Shown here: piece by piece, positions 49,558-58,923 of the stretch | Position numbering within the stretch: position 1 is the stretch's first letter | Layout: every line of letters begins with the position of its first letter | Source of the DNA: Parvularculaceae bacterium | GTDB lineage: Bacteria; Pseudomonadota; Alphaproteobacteria; Caulobacterales; Parvularculaceae | Length of the DNA: 64,000 nt | Direction: 5' to 3' | Assembly (NCBI GenBank): GCA_021776465.1 | Contig: JAJFFU010000147.1 | Span: forward strand, 5,465 to 69,464 | Notes under the pieces: generated by a model | What the model saw: only the letters and a program-made list of their open reading frames with translations | Told to the model about the DNA's origin: nothing | Databases searched by the model: none | Made by a program: the position numbers and the translations under genes

Positions 49558-50865
49558 ATGGACCAAAACCCAAGAGAAATCCTTGATAGCGCACCAATGC
49601 ATTGGCGACAGATCGTTGTCGTTGCAATCTGCATCGCGCTGAATGCGCTCGATGGTTTCGACGTTCTGTCAATTAGTTTTGCTGCGCCCGGTATCGCGGA
49701 AGAATGGGGCATCGACCGCGCCGTTTTGGGCGTTGTATTGTCGATGGAGCTCATCGGCATGGCGGTTGGCTCAGTAGTCATGGGCAATATTGCAGACCGT
49801 ATTGGCCGACGACCGACAATCCTTACCTGCATCATCATAATGGCTATCGGCATGTTCGCCGCGGCAGCCGCTGAGAGCATTGCCTATTTGTCAGCGACAC
49901 GCCTGCTCACCGGCCTCGGCATCGGCGGCATGTTATCGTCGACGAGCGCGATGGTGGCGGAATTTTCAAATACACGCCGGCGCAATCTCAATATGGCCCT
50001 TAATATCGCAGGGTATTCCACTGGCGCTATATTGGGCGGACTGGTCGCATCGCAATTACTTGAAGTCACCGGCGAGTGGCGCAGTGTTTTCATTTTTGGC
50101 GGGATCATGACCGTAATTGGGCTCCCGCTTGCCTGGTTTTTTCTTCCGGAATCAATCGACTCCCTTATGGCCAGACGCCCGGGCCACGCGCTGGAGCGCA
50201 TCAACAAGACGTTAGGACGCCTTGGCCATGCAATCCTTGAGAAGCTGCCCGCCCTGCCGACAGAGCAATCCAAGAATTCGATCACCGTACTGTTTTCAAG
50301 CAAGTACGCCCGGGTCACCGGTTTGCTAACCGCCGCCTATTTCGCGCAAATCATGTTGTTCTATTATGTCGTAAAATGGGTGCCAAAAATCGTCGTGGAC
50401 TTAGGTTACAGTCAAGCCGAGGCCGGACACGTGCTCGTCGCCGCGAATATAGGCAACCTGTTGAGCGCAGTGTTGATCGGCGTCGCCGCACAAAAATTCA
50501 GCATACGCCCCATGGTGATTGGCTCTATGATTCTTGGTTTTATTTTGATCGGCATTTTCGGCTCTGGACTATCTACTCTTGGCGCACTTTCTATTTCAAT
50601 CGCCCTTGCCGCCTTTTTCATAAACGCCGGCGTTGTCGGCATGTATCCGATCTTTGCGAACATTTTCCCAGCACATCTGCGCGCCAGCGGCATCGGATTC
50701 GTTATCGGCGTCGGCAGGGGCGGCTCCGCGATCGGTCCCATTATCGCCGGCTCGCTTTTCGCCACCGGCGCCAGCCTGCTCGTCGTATCACTTGCGATGG
50801 GCCTTGGCGGATTGATAGCCGCGACAATGCTCTTTTTACTTCCGCGCCGCTCGTCCGCTCCTTAA
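49558..50865 (+). CDS. MFS aromatic acid:H+ symporter (AAHS; PcaK/BenK/VanK-like)
   Basis: LDGFD in TM1, ADRIGRR, R..TG.G.GG, EF....R, LPES, GR.G. Confidence 0.88.
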   Translation: MDQNPREILDSAPMHWRQIVVVAICIALNALDGFDVLSISFAAPGIAEEWGIDRAVLGVVLSMELIGMAVGSVVMGNIADRIGRRPTILTCIIIMAIGMFAAAAAESIAYLSATRLLTGLGIGGMLSSTSAMVAEFSNTRRRNLNMALNIAGYSTGAILGGLVASQLLEVTGEWRSVFIFGGIMTVIGLPLAWFFLPESIDSLMARRPGHALERINKTLGRLGHAILEKLPALPTEQSKNSITVLFSSKYARVTGLLTAAYFAQIMLFYYVVKWVPKIVVDLGYSQAEAGHVLVAANIGNLLSAVLIGVAAQKFSIRPMVIGSMILGFILIGIFGSGLSTLGALSISIALAAFFINAGVVGMYPIFANIFPAHLRASGIGFVIGVGRGGSAIGPIIAGSLFATGASLLVVSLAMGLGGLIAATMLFLLPRRSSAP

Positions 50866-50876
50866 CTGGGCAACCT

Positions 50877-53597
50877 TCAATCGCAGGCCGCTATTTTATC
50901 GTCAGCATTTTTCACCGCAGTACAAGACGGCGGCGCCGGCAGATTCCACCTTTCGGCTGAAATACGAACCGCATCCCGGCGTTTACTGACACCCATTTTT
51001 TTAAAAACGGATTTCAGTCTGTATTTCACCGTATCCGGCGACATTCCAATCAAACGGGCAATTTCTTTGTTAGAATAGCCGAGTTTAAGATAATACAGGA
51101 CTTCGGCTTCGGCTTCGCTGAAGACACCCAATACCGTAACGTTATTTCTACACGCATTGATGGACTTCTCTATCGACTTCAAAAACTGGTCGCGAAAACG
51201 ATCGACGGGCGTATCGGCGGTCGTCGCATCACTGAGGCATAGCTGTACGAACCGGCGGGCGTCTATAAACGGGCGCATGATGTCCTGAAACATTGCGGCG
51301 CCAACGGCTTCATCAAAACAACTGCGCGACTCCGCCGCTGCGCCCAGCATTCGATGGCCGTAAGCCGCTAAAATATTTATGTCGATGAGCAATCTGCCCG
51401 CACCACGCTGATTGGCCCATGATCTCAATCGTTCAAGTTCTTCCATCGCGTCCTGACATTCCCCGGCGAGCAGCCGCAATCTGACGCGACATAAAGATGC
51501 TGCGATCACGACGGGACGATATAAGGGCGACTCCTCCATCATCATGTCCGCATAATGATCCAGATTCACTGTAGCCGCGGCTTTTCTCGCTGTTTCACGC
51601 TCTGCGCCAAATAGAAGTTGAAGATCAATCTCAAATATCGCGGCCAACAATTCGAGCTGGCGCAGGCGCCGACGTGAGGCCACGCGTCGGGCGCGCGCTA
51701 TAACGGCGCCGGCCTCTTCCAGCGCGCCCTCTCCTGCTAGCGCACGCGCATCTGTCAGATAAGCGGCGGCATAAACATCGACCCATGCGTCGGACTGTTC
51801 CATATGCGGAAGCGCCCAACCTATTAGTTCGCGCGCTTCGGCCACGCGATCTTCTTCATATAGCTGTTCTGCCTGAAATGCCGCACAATTGGCGGCAAGG
51901 TCTGACCGAGCGCCAAAATTCTCAACGATTGCTTGCCAAGCCTCTTCCAATATCGTTCCGGCTTCTTTGGATCTTCCCTGGCTGCGCTTAATGCGCGCCT
52001 CGAGAAACCTGGTAAATATATCGCTATAGATGGATCCAAATGCGTGATAATGCTCCCGCGCAGCAAGCGTTGGCTGCAAAGCACGTTCCAGCCAACCGCC
52101 TTCAAAATATTTTGCTCCTAATGTCTCACTAATATGCGCGAGCACCAGGTGATCGTTCGCCGGCAATTTACGAAGCAACGCCTCACGCGCAATTAGATCA
52201 TCGAGACTGACAGGCTTGTTCTCGTAATCTGCCAGTGTGTCGCCTACAACGCGAATATCTGTCCTGAGATCGGCAGAAAAATCCGCTTCCTTGCCCAAGC
52301 GATCAAACTCGATCCTCGCCGCACCAAGTTCGCCATGTTTTATCAAGAGATAGACATGCGCGAGCGCGAGGCGCGGACGCGATTGAATTATCGTTTTATC
52401 GAGCTTCGACAAAGCACGCTCGACAACGCTTTGCATCCCCTGTGGGATAACCCGCCACCCTCCGGCCTCAACAAGAATGTCGGCAAGAAACGCGTCATCG
52501 TCTGCTAAAATGGCGTGATTAACAGCGTCCGCTACCGCACCCTGTTCCGCATACCAGTTGGCGATTTTCCGCTGCAACGAAGCGAATTTTACAGTATCGG
52601 ACCGCTCAAAGCGGTCGCGCAGAAACTGCGCGAACAGCTGATGGTATCGATACTCCCGCTTTTCAAAACTAACCGGTGATAAAAATACGCCTTGCTGTTC
52701 CAGGCTTTCAAGAACAATCCAGCCGTCCTGACGGTCGCAGAGCAGGTTGACAATTTCACCGTTAAGCCTGTCGAGCAGAGACGTCCTGATGACAATTTCG
52801 CGGGTATCTTCCGGCAGGGCCATGAGCACCTGATCAGACAGGTAACGCGCCAGCTCCGCGCCTGAACCGGAATATTGCTCAATAACGCTTTGCCGATCCG
52901 CGCCGCGCTTAAGAGAAAGAGATGTCAACTGCAAGGCAATTGGCCACCCCTCAGTTCGGTCGAGTATTTTTCCGATGTCGGCTTTCGCAAGCGATTTATC
53001 ACCGCGCGCTAACAGCGTTTCCGCTTCCTGAGCTGAAAATTTCAGGTCCTGCGCATTAATTTCGAGTAGTTGTTCTTCAGCGGCCAGAACGGATTGGCCA
53101 AGAGCGGGATTATCACGCGATGCTAATACAAAGTGACAGTTTGGCGGCGCCATCCTGATCAGGGATTTTAAGAAATCAGATACTGGCTGACTGTCAGCAT
53201 GGTGAAGGTCATCCAAGATCAGGATAAATGGCCGTTCTTCGCAGCTTAAATTATTGATTATTGCCGACAAAGCGGCGCGGGGCGGCAGGTCGCCAGACAA
53301 CGTTTGGCGTTTCCCATTCTGCTCTCTTCTTTGCACGGCAATTGAAAGACATTTCACAAGACGCTTTAGGTCGCAATCATCGCGTTCCAAAGTAAGCCAG
53401 GCAATTGAAAGCGACGCTTCGTCCAGATTATCGCGCCATTGTGCAAGCAAACTTGTTTTGCCATAGCCCGCAGGCGCATGAATCAATGTCAAGCGATACG
53501 ATAAAGCACGGTTTAGAATCGATAGCAGATGAGCACGATGGATTTGGTCTCCGATCCACACCGGCGGATCAAATTTGGCTGCAATTACATCATGCAT
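50877..53597 (-). CDS. MalT-type large ATP-binding LuxR-family regulator (STAND/LAL)
   Basis: Walker A APAGYGKT, WLTL, Walker B LILDDLH, TEGW, YRYH.LF, TPR-like middle region, C-terminal G.SNKEIA......TVK HTH. Confidence 0.93.
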   Translation of the reverse strand: MHDVIAAKFDPPVWIGDQIHRAHLLSILNRALSYRLTLIHAPAGYGKTSLLAQWRDNLDEASLSIAWLTLERDDCDLKRLVKCLSIAVQRREQNGKRQTLSGDLPPRAALSAIINNLSCEERPFILILDDLHHADSQPVSDFLKSLIRMAPPNCHFVLASRDNPALGQSVLAAEEQLLEINAQDLKFSAQEAETLLARGDKSLAKADIGKILDRTEGWPIALQLTSLSLKRGADRQSVIEQYSGSGAELARYLSDQVLMALPEDTREIVIRTSLLDRLNGEIVNLLCDRQDGWIVLESLEQQGVFLSPVSFEKREYRYHQLFAQFLRDRFERSDTVKFASLQRKIANWYAEQGAVADAVNHAILADDDAFLADILVEAGGWRVIPQGMQSVVERALSKLDKTIIQSRPRLALAHVYLLIKHGELGAARIEFDRLGKEADFSADLRTDIRVVGDTLADYENKPVSLDDLIAREALLRKLPANDHLVLAHISETLGAKYFEGGWLERALQPTLAAREHYHAFGSIYSDIFTRFLEARIKRSQGRSKEAGTILEEAWQAIVENFGARSDLAANCAAFQAEQLYEEDRVAEARELIGWALPHMEQSDAWVDVYAAAYLTDARALAGEGALEEAGAVIARARRVASRRRLRQLELLAAIFEIDLQLLFGAERETARKAAATVNLDHYADMMMEESPLYRPVVIAASLCRVRLRLLAGECQDAMEELERLRSWANQRGAGRLLIDINILAAYGHRMLGAAAESRSCFDEAVGAAMFQDIMRPFIDARRFVQLCLSDATTADTPVDRFRDQFLKSIEKSINACRNNVTVLGVFSEAEAEVLYYLKLGYSNKEIARLIGMSPDTVKYRLKSVFKKMGVSKRRDAVRISAERWNLPAPPSCTAVKNADDKIAACD

Positions 53598-53699
53598 TAG
53601 ACCCTACTTTATACGCTGTGATCACAAACCACTCCCGTGGCGAAGCTATGTTTTTATAACAATTGTGGCAACTGCTGGGAGGACAGTTCGCCCATCATT

Positions 53700-53775
53700 T
53701 TACCCGCATTGGCTTGTCTGGTTACCCGTTCGCAACACCCAGCACCCGTTTCCTTCATTGCGCGTCAAGTAACCC
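53700..53775 (+). promoter_or_regulatory. TTACCC-like repeats between the regulator and the divergent hydantoinase operon
   Basis: TTACCC 53700 and 53722, GCACCC 53742, TAACCC 53770. Confidence 0.6.
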
Positions 53776-53821
53776 CTATTTACGAATCTGGGAGTTTCCG
53801 AACAACAGCAGGGGGTTAAGG

Positions 53822-55453
53822 GTGCGTATTGGTGTTGACGTCGGCGGAACAAACACCGATGCGGTTTTAATTGACGGATCGCAGGTTCTCGCCTCATTCA
53901 AGAAGCCGACATCTGAAAATATTAGCGCCGGCGTCTCATCCGCAATCGAAGCCGTCTTAAATCGAGCCGGCGTTGCACCGAGCGCTGTTAGCGCAGTCAT
54001 GATCGGCACAACGCATTTTACTAATGCCTTGGTTGAACGTTCGCGCCTGGATGAAATCGGAATTATCCGGCTCGCAAGCCCATCCGGTGAAGCGCTTCCC
54101 CCTTTTACGGGGTGGCCGAGTGACCTGACCGGCCAGATTGGAAAACACTTCTTTTTGTTACCCGGCGGTTACGAATTTGACGGAAGTGAGATTTCCGCAT
54201 TCGATGAAGACAAGGTGCGCGATGCTGCTCGCGCATTCCGCAAGCGCGGCATTACCAGCATTGCCGTAAGCAGCGCCTTCGCCCCCATTAATGAGGCAAT
54301 GGAAAAACGCGCTGCCAAAATCATCCGCGAGGAGATTCCGAATGCTGTAATCAGCCTATCTCATGAAATCGGTCGTCTCGGCCTGATTGAACGTGAGAAT
54401 GGCGTAATTCTGAATGCGGCGCTCGCTACTCTCGCCAGTCACGTCATGACTTCCTTCGAATACGCTCTGGAACAGCGCGGTCTCAATGCTCGCTTATTTA
54501 TCTCGCAAAACGATGGAACGCTGATTTCCGCTATGCACGCCTCGCGCTTTCCGGTGATGACAATCGGATCCGGGCCGACAAACAGCATGAGAGGCGCGGC
54601 GTTTTTGACCGATATACGAGACGGCATCGTCATGGATGTTGGCGGAACGACATGTGATATAGGCGTGCTCGTCAACGGCATGCCACGCGAATCAAGCGTC
54701 GCCGTCGATATCGGCGGCGTTCGCACAAATATTCGCATGCCGGACGTTCTCGCAATAGGACTTGGCGGCGGAACGCGCATTCATTTTAACCCCGATAAAA
54801 ACCTGGCCAATGGAAGCACCCTGCGTGGCCTTCGCATCGGTCCAGATTCTGTGGGTTATCGGATTATGCAGGAAAGTTTTCTCTTCGGCGGAGATACGTT
54901 GACCGCCAGCGACATTGCCGTCGCAAGCGGTCATGCAATATTCGGCGACCCTTCTCTTGTGCCTGCGTTAAGCACAGAAGCTCAAACCGCAATCTGGAGC
55001 CGGATTCAGGCGATACTCGAAGATGGTGTAGATCGGATGAAAACTACCGCTGGCGATACAACAATCATCGCAGTCGGCGGAGCGAATTTTCTCATCGACG
55101 ACACGATTAAAGGCGCAGCTGAAGTTTTGCGCCCAGCTCACGCATCGGTTGCAAACGCTGTCGGCGCCGCTATCGCGCAAGTCGGTGCGCAAATCGATAA
55201 GATCATTGACTATGAAAAAACGCCGCGTGATGTGGCGCAGGCAAACTTGCGGAAATCTGCTCTTGCGCAATGCGCCGCCAGCGGAGCGTGTGAGAATATA
55301 GAAATTGTAGATGTCGAAGAGGTGTTTTTGAGTTACTTGCCGGGGCGCACAGCGCAAATACGCATTAAAGCGGTCGGCGATCTCGCCGATGTCAGTTCCA
55401 CAACGATACACTCCAGCGAGCGGGCAATTGCGAAGGTAACTCGTGCGCATTGA
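53822..55453 (+). CDS. Hydantoinase/oxoprolinase A-like protein (short, DUF917-associated type)
   Basis: IGVDVGGTNTDA, IGTTHFTNA, QNDGT, GPTNSMRGA, DVGGTT, GLGGG, ANAVGAA; GTG start after a GGGG RBS. Confidence 0.88.
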   Translation: MRIGVDVGGTNTDAVLIDGSQVLASFKKPTSENISAGVSSAIEAVLNRAGVAPSAVSAVMIGTTHFTNALVERSRLDEIGIIRLASPSGEALPPFTGWPSDLTGQIGKHFFLLPGGYEFDGSEISAFDEDKVRDAARAFRKRGITSIAVSSAFAPINEAMEKRAAKIIREEIPNAVISLSHEIGRLGLIERENGVILNAALATLASHVMTSFEYALEQRGLNARLFISQNDGTLISAMHASRFPVMTIGSGPTNSMRGAAFLTDIRDGIVMDVGGTTCDIGVLVNGMPRESSVAVDIGGVRTNIRMPDVLAIGLGGGTRIHFNPDKNLANGSTLRGLRIGPDSVGYRIMQESFLFGGDTLTASDIAVASGHAIFGDPSLVPALSTEAQTAIWSRIQAILEDGVDRMKTTAGDTTIIAVGGANFLIDDTIKGAAEVLRPAHASVANAVGAAIAQVGAQIDKIIDYEKTPRDVAQANLRKSALAQCAASGACENIEIVDVEEVFLSYLPGRTAQIRIKAVGDLADVSSTTIHSSERAIAKVTRAH

Positions 55454-56546
55454 ACGGTCGATGCTGGCCGATCTCGCCCGCGGCGCGGCATTCCTTGGCT
55501 CTGGCGGCGGCGGCGACCCATATTACAGTCTCCTTCTGGCTGAAGCAGCGATCAAACGTTGCGATGCGTTCGAACTTCTGCCGCTTTCCGAAATTTCCGA
55601 CAGCGCGCTTGTCGCCCCTTGCGGATGGATCGGCGCGCCAACCGTGTCGGTGGAAAAACTTCCAAACGGCAGAGAAGCGGTGGCAGGCCTTCGCCGGCTG
55701 GAAACCATCATGGGGCGAAAAATAGACGCCGTATTGCCCATTGAGATTGGGGGCGGCAACGGCCTGGCCCCGCTGATCGCCGCCGCCGAACTTGGCGTGC
55801 CCGTACTCGACTGCGATGGAATGGGGCGGGCGTTTCCAGAATCGCAGATGACAATCTTCAATATAAGAAATTTATCGGCTTGCCCCTCCGTATTGACAGC
55901 TTCCTGCGGCTCATTGGCCGTCATCGAAACCGACGACAATCTTACGCATGAACGAATCGCGCGAAGCCTTTCTGTTGCACTGGGCGGAATTGCGCACCTG
56001 GTCGAGTATCCGCTAACAGGCGCACAGGCCAAAGCAAATGCGATACCCGGCAGCGTCAGCGCAGCTTTTTCTGCTGGCGCGGCAATTCGCAATGCGCACG
56101 CAAACAGTGAAGACCTGTTCGAAGCGCTCACCCAAGCCTTGCGCGACACTGGGCTTTACCCCTACTCATTTACCTTGTTTGACGGAAAAATTGTCGATCT
56201 CGAACGTGAAACGCGCGGCGGATTTTCAATTGGCAAAGTCATCATCGACGGATTTGGAGGGCAAGACCGCATGGAGATAGAGTTTCAGAATGAAAACCTG
56301 ATCGCCAGACGAAACGGAAACGTTTGCGCTATGACGCCGGACCTCATTACCGTCATGGATCGCGAAACCGCAGACACCATTACAACAGAGAAACTGAAAT
56401 ACGGCCAGAGAGTTAAGGTTATCGGCGCCGCGGCGCCGGCTATGCTGCGCGAGGAAAACGCACTTGAGTTTGTCGGGCCAGTCGCATTCGGCCTTGGTTT
56501 GAATTACACGCCAATTGAGAAACTGAACGCCAGAGCCCCTGCATGA
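55443..56546 (+). CDS. DUF917 family protein
   Basis: GA..LGSGGGG, GAP....EK, EIGG.N, D.DGMGRAFPE.QM, FQNENL, PDLI, T..L.YG.RV. Confidence 0.88.
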   Translation: MRIERSMLADLARGAAFLGSGGGGDPYYSLLLAEAAIKRCDAFELLPLSEISDSALVAPCGWIGAPTVSVEKLPNGREAVAGLRRLETIMGRKIDAVLPIEIGGGNGLAPLIAAAELGVPVLDCDGMGRAFPESQMTIFNIRNLSACPSVLTASCGSLAVIETDDNLTHERIARSLSVALGGIAHLVEYPLTGAQAKANAIPGSVSAAFSAGAAIRNAHANSEDLFEALTQALRDTGLYPYSFTLFDGKIVDLERETRGGFSIGKVIIDGFGGQDRMEIEFQNENLIARRNGNVCAMTPDLITVMDRETADTITTEKLKYGQRVKVIGAAAPAMLREENALEFVGPVAFGLGLNYTPIEKLNARAPA

Positions 56547-57814
56547 GTAACGGCCAAACCAGCGATTCCTATGCTAGCACGGCGTTGCCGGAAAGCATGA
56601 CGGTTCCGGGCTGGCGCGTTGCGCTCATCATCATGAGCTTTACATTCGCCCTGCCAGGTTTTCTTAATGCTGCACAAATCGGGCTGGCGCTGGGCTTTCA
56701 TCAGGCGGTCCTGGCCGCATTGTTCGCCGGCCTCATTCTCTGTGCGGGCGCAATCCTTACCGCGATCATCAGTGTCAGGACCAGACTGACAACTTACTTG
56801 CTTGTGCAACGCTCATTCGGCGTGAAAGGCGCAGCGCTCGTTAACATTGTTATCGCCATTATTCATTACTGCTGGTTCGGCGTGAATGTGTCATTCTTCG
56901 GAAGCGCCATGGTGGCTGCGGCAAATGAAGGATATGGCATTCCCGGTAATTTCAATATCTATGTTATTATCGGCAGTGTATTGATCACATTCTCCACGAT
57001 CTACGGCTTTAAAACACTCGACCGGCTGGCCATGGTGGCTGTTCCTCTTGTCGGCGTCATTCTCGTTGCCGTCTGCCTGAAAGCACTGAACGCTAATCCT
57101 GTAGATTTGGCGCCGGCCGCGGCGCCACCTGTGCCGATGAGTTTCGGGATCGCTCTGTCTTCTCTCATCGGTGGAAACATGCTGACGGTTGCGGCTATGC
57201 CAGACTTATCCCGCTTTATCCGAACAGAGCGCGGCGCTCTCGTCGGCATGGCTCTTTCTTTTCCACTTGCCGCCCCTTTGCTTATGATCGTCTCCGCTCT
57301 CATCGCGCTTGTTACGTTGAAAACCGACATCATGCAGCTGGTTGTGGGTTTGGGATTTGGCGCGCCAGCATTGTTGATGCTGCTGCTATCTGTTTGGACT
57401 ATCAACGCACTCAACCTTTATTCGGCAAGCCTTTCTATGTCTGCGACCTTTCCCAATGTTCGCGGAATCGTTTTTACTGTCGCTGGCGGCGCAATCGGCT
57501 GCATCTTCGCGCTTATGGGCATTATCAATTCATTTATTCCATTTCTCGTTACACTTGGGCTGATCATCCCACCTATTGCTGCAATTTACGTCATTGACGG
57601 GTTCAATACTTTTCGCAGCAGAACGTCTGAGACCGATCGACCTGATGCGCCACCGTTTCGGTGGCTGGCGATCACTGTCTGGCTTGGATCTCTCGCCATT
57701 ACGCTTCCAGCGACGGCGGCGGGACTGACACTGACAACTGTGCCAGCACTCGACGCCACTATACTGGCAGCACTCGCCTACCTCATATTGCTGCGAATAA
57801 ATTCGAACCGGTGA
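56543..57814 (+). CDS. NCS1-family nucleobase/hydantoin permease (CodB-like)
   Basis: About 12 TM segments; FG..GA, WFGVN, PD.SRF, WT.N..NLYS; ATGA overlap with DUF917. Confidence 0.85.
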   Translation: MSNGQTSDSYASTALPESMTVPGWRVALIIMSFTFALPGFLNAAQIGLALGFHQAVLAALFAGLILCAGAILTAIISVRTRLTTYLLVQRSFGVKGAALVNIVIAIIHYCWFGVNVSFFGSAMVAAANEGYGIPGNFNIYVIIGSVLITFSTIYGFKTLDRLAMVAVPLVGVILVAVCLKALNANPVDLAPAAAPPVPMSFGIALSSLIGGNMLTVAAMPDLSRFIRTERGALVGMALSFPLAAPLLMIVSALIALVTLKTDIMQLVVGLGFGAPALLMLLLSVWTINALNLYSASLSMSATFPNVRGIVFTVAGGAIGCIFALMGIINSFIPFLVTLGLIIPPIAAIYVIDGFNTFRSRTSETDRPDAPPFRWLAITVWLGSLAITLPATAAGLTLTTVPALDATILAALAYLILLRINSNR

Positions 57815-57887
57815 CAGCATTAAGGCGCGACATAGGCAGAGCGGCAAAAAACAATAGCGAACCGCAGCAACTCGAAGTAGGTGAAAT

Positions 57888-58802
57888 ATGAAACATTCCT
57901 CCGCCGTGCATATGACTTTTCGGGTCGGTTTTCACATTGTCATCGCTGCATTTTTTGGCGCGCTGGCGGCGCCGGCCGCCGCCCAGGCGCCTACAACAGT
58001 AGATCCTGCCGGCGCCCCTTATGTGATGCCCGAGACCGAAGTCTGGGACATGGATGCGGCGCATGGAGAACGCTATCGCATCTATGTCTCCCGTCCTGAC
58101 GGCGAGGCGCCGGAGAACGGTTATCCAGTTCTTTACGTGTTGGACGGCAACGCCATGTTCGCGGGTTTTGCCGAAGCCCGCCGTATACAAAGCGTTTACT
58201 TTGATAAGGGCCTCGACAAGATGATTGTCGTCGCCATTGGTTATCCGAATACTGAACTCTATGACGGGCGCCGGCTAGGTGACTTTACGCCGCCGATCAA
58301 AACGCCAGAGTTAAAGGAAACATTTGCCGCTTATCCGTCTGGCAAACGCGACGAATTTCGTTCTTTTCTTCTCAACCAACTGCGCCCGGAAATTGCACGC
58401 CGGTATTCCGTCAACAAAAAACGCCAGTCGCTATTCGGCCATTCACTCGGGGGCCTCTTCGCCTTGCATGTTCTCTACACTCAGCCGGATGCGTTCCACA
58501 CGATCGTCGCCACCAGCCCGTCCATATGGTGGGACAATCAAAGCATTCTCGAAGAAGAACGCGCTTTCACAGTGCGGCTTAAGAAAAAACCTTTCCCTAC
58601 AAGCCGTGTTGTCTTGCTGACGGGAGAGCTTGAGGAAGAAGAAGTCGTCGTTGGCGACACAATCGCGCTCGGCAAACGTATGGAAGCGCTCTCCGGCTAT
58701 GGTCTCAGAAGCGGATACGCCGTTCTTGATAAGGAAACGCACATCACAGTGCCTGCCCGCTCGGTAACAGCGACCATGCGCGCCGTCATGCAGCGGCCTT
58801 AA
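57888..58802 (+). CDS. Exported alpha/beta hydrolase, IroE/BesA-like esterase
   Basis: Signal peptide, YPVLYVLDG, VAIGYP, R..DFTP, GHSLGG, SPS.WW, terminal His (ETH). Confidence 0.87.
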   Translation: MKHSSAVHMTFRVGFHIVIAAFFGALAAPAAAQAPTTVDPAGAPYVMPETEVWDMDAAHGERYRIYVSRPDGEAPENGYPVLYVLDGNAMFAGFAEARRIQSVYFDKGLDKMIVVAIGYPNTELYDGRRLGDFTPPIKTPELKETFAAYPSGKRDEFRSFLLNQLRPEIARRYSVNKKRQSLFGHSLGGLFALHVLYTQPDAFHTIVATSPSIWWDNQSILEEERAFTVRLKKKPFPTSRVVLLTGELEEEEVVVGDTIALGKRMEALSGYGLRSGYAVLDKETHITVPARSVTATMRAVMQRP

Positions 58803-58839
58803 TCAGTTTTTTCTCTTCAACAGAGCCTATTGTTATAAG

Positions 58840-58878
58840 GGGTGACTGCTCGTTACCCAATTGGCCACTGACTTACCC
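58840..58878. promoter_or_regulatory. Operator GGGTGA-N7-TTACCC plus a second TTACCC 20 bp downstream
   Basis: GGGTGA 58840, TTACCC 58853, TTACCC 58873; same geometry as 45376-45414, mirrored. Confidence 0.7.
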
Positions 58879-58923
58879 TTCCGGCGCATTGCGAACGCGC
58901 CCTGCTCTTTGCACCCTTTTCAT

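Noticed and set aside
49233-49880. 215-aa minus-strand ORF, and similar shadows at 40345-41085, 42168-42800, 55523-56149 and 60628-61323
   Set aside because: Alternative-frame or antisense shadows of confidently identified genes.
50877-53597. STAND NTPase as an anti-phage (Avs-type) defence protein
   Set aside because: The C-terminal LuxR HTH and metabolic context identify a MalT-type transcription activator; it has no effector nuclease or TIR domain.
53663-53821. N-terminal extensions given by the ORF track (also 58861-58923, 35279-35341, 28763-28816)
   Set aside because: They overlap operator or promoter DNA; downstream starts fit the RBS and domain boundaries better.
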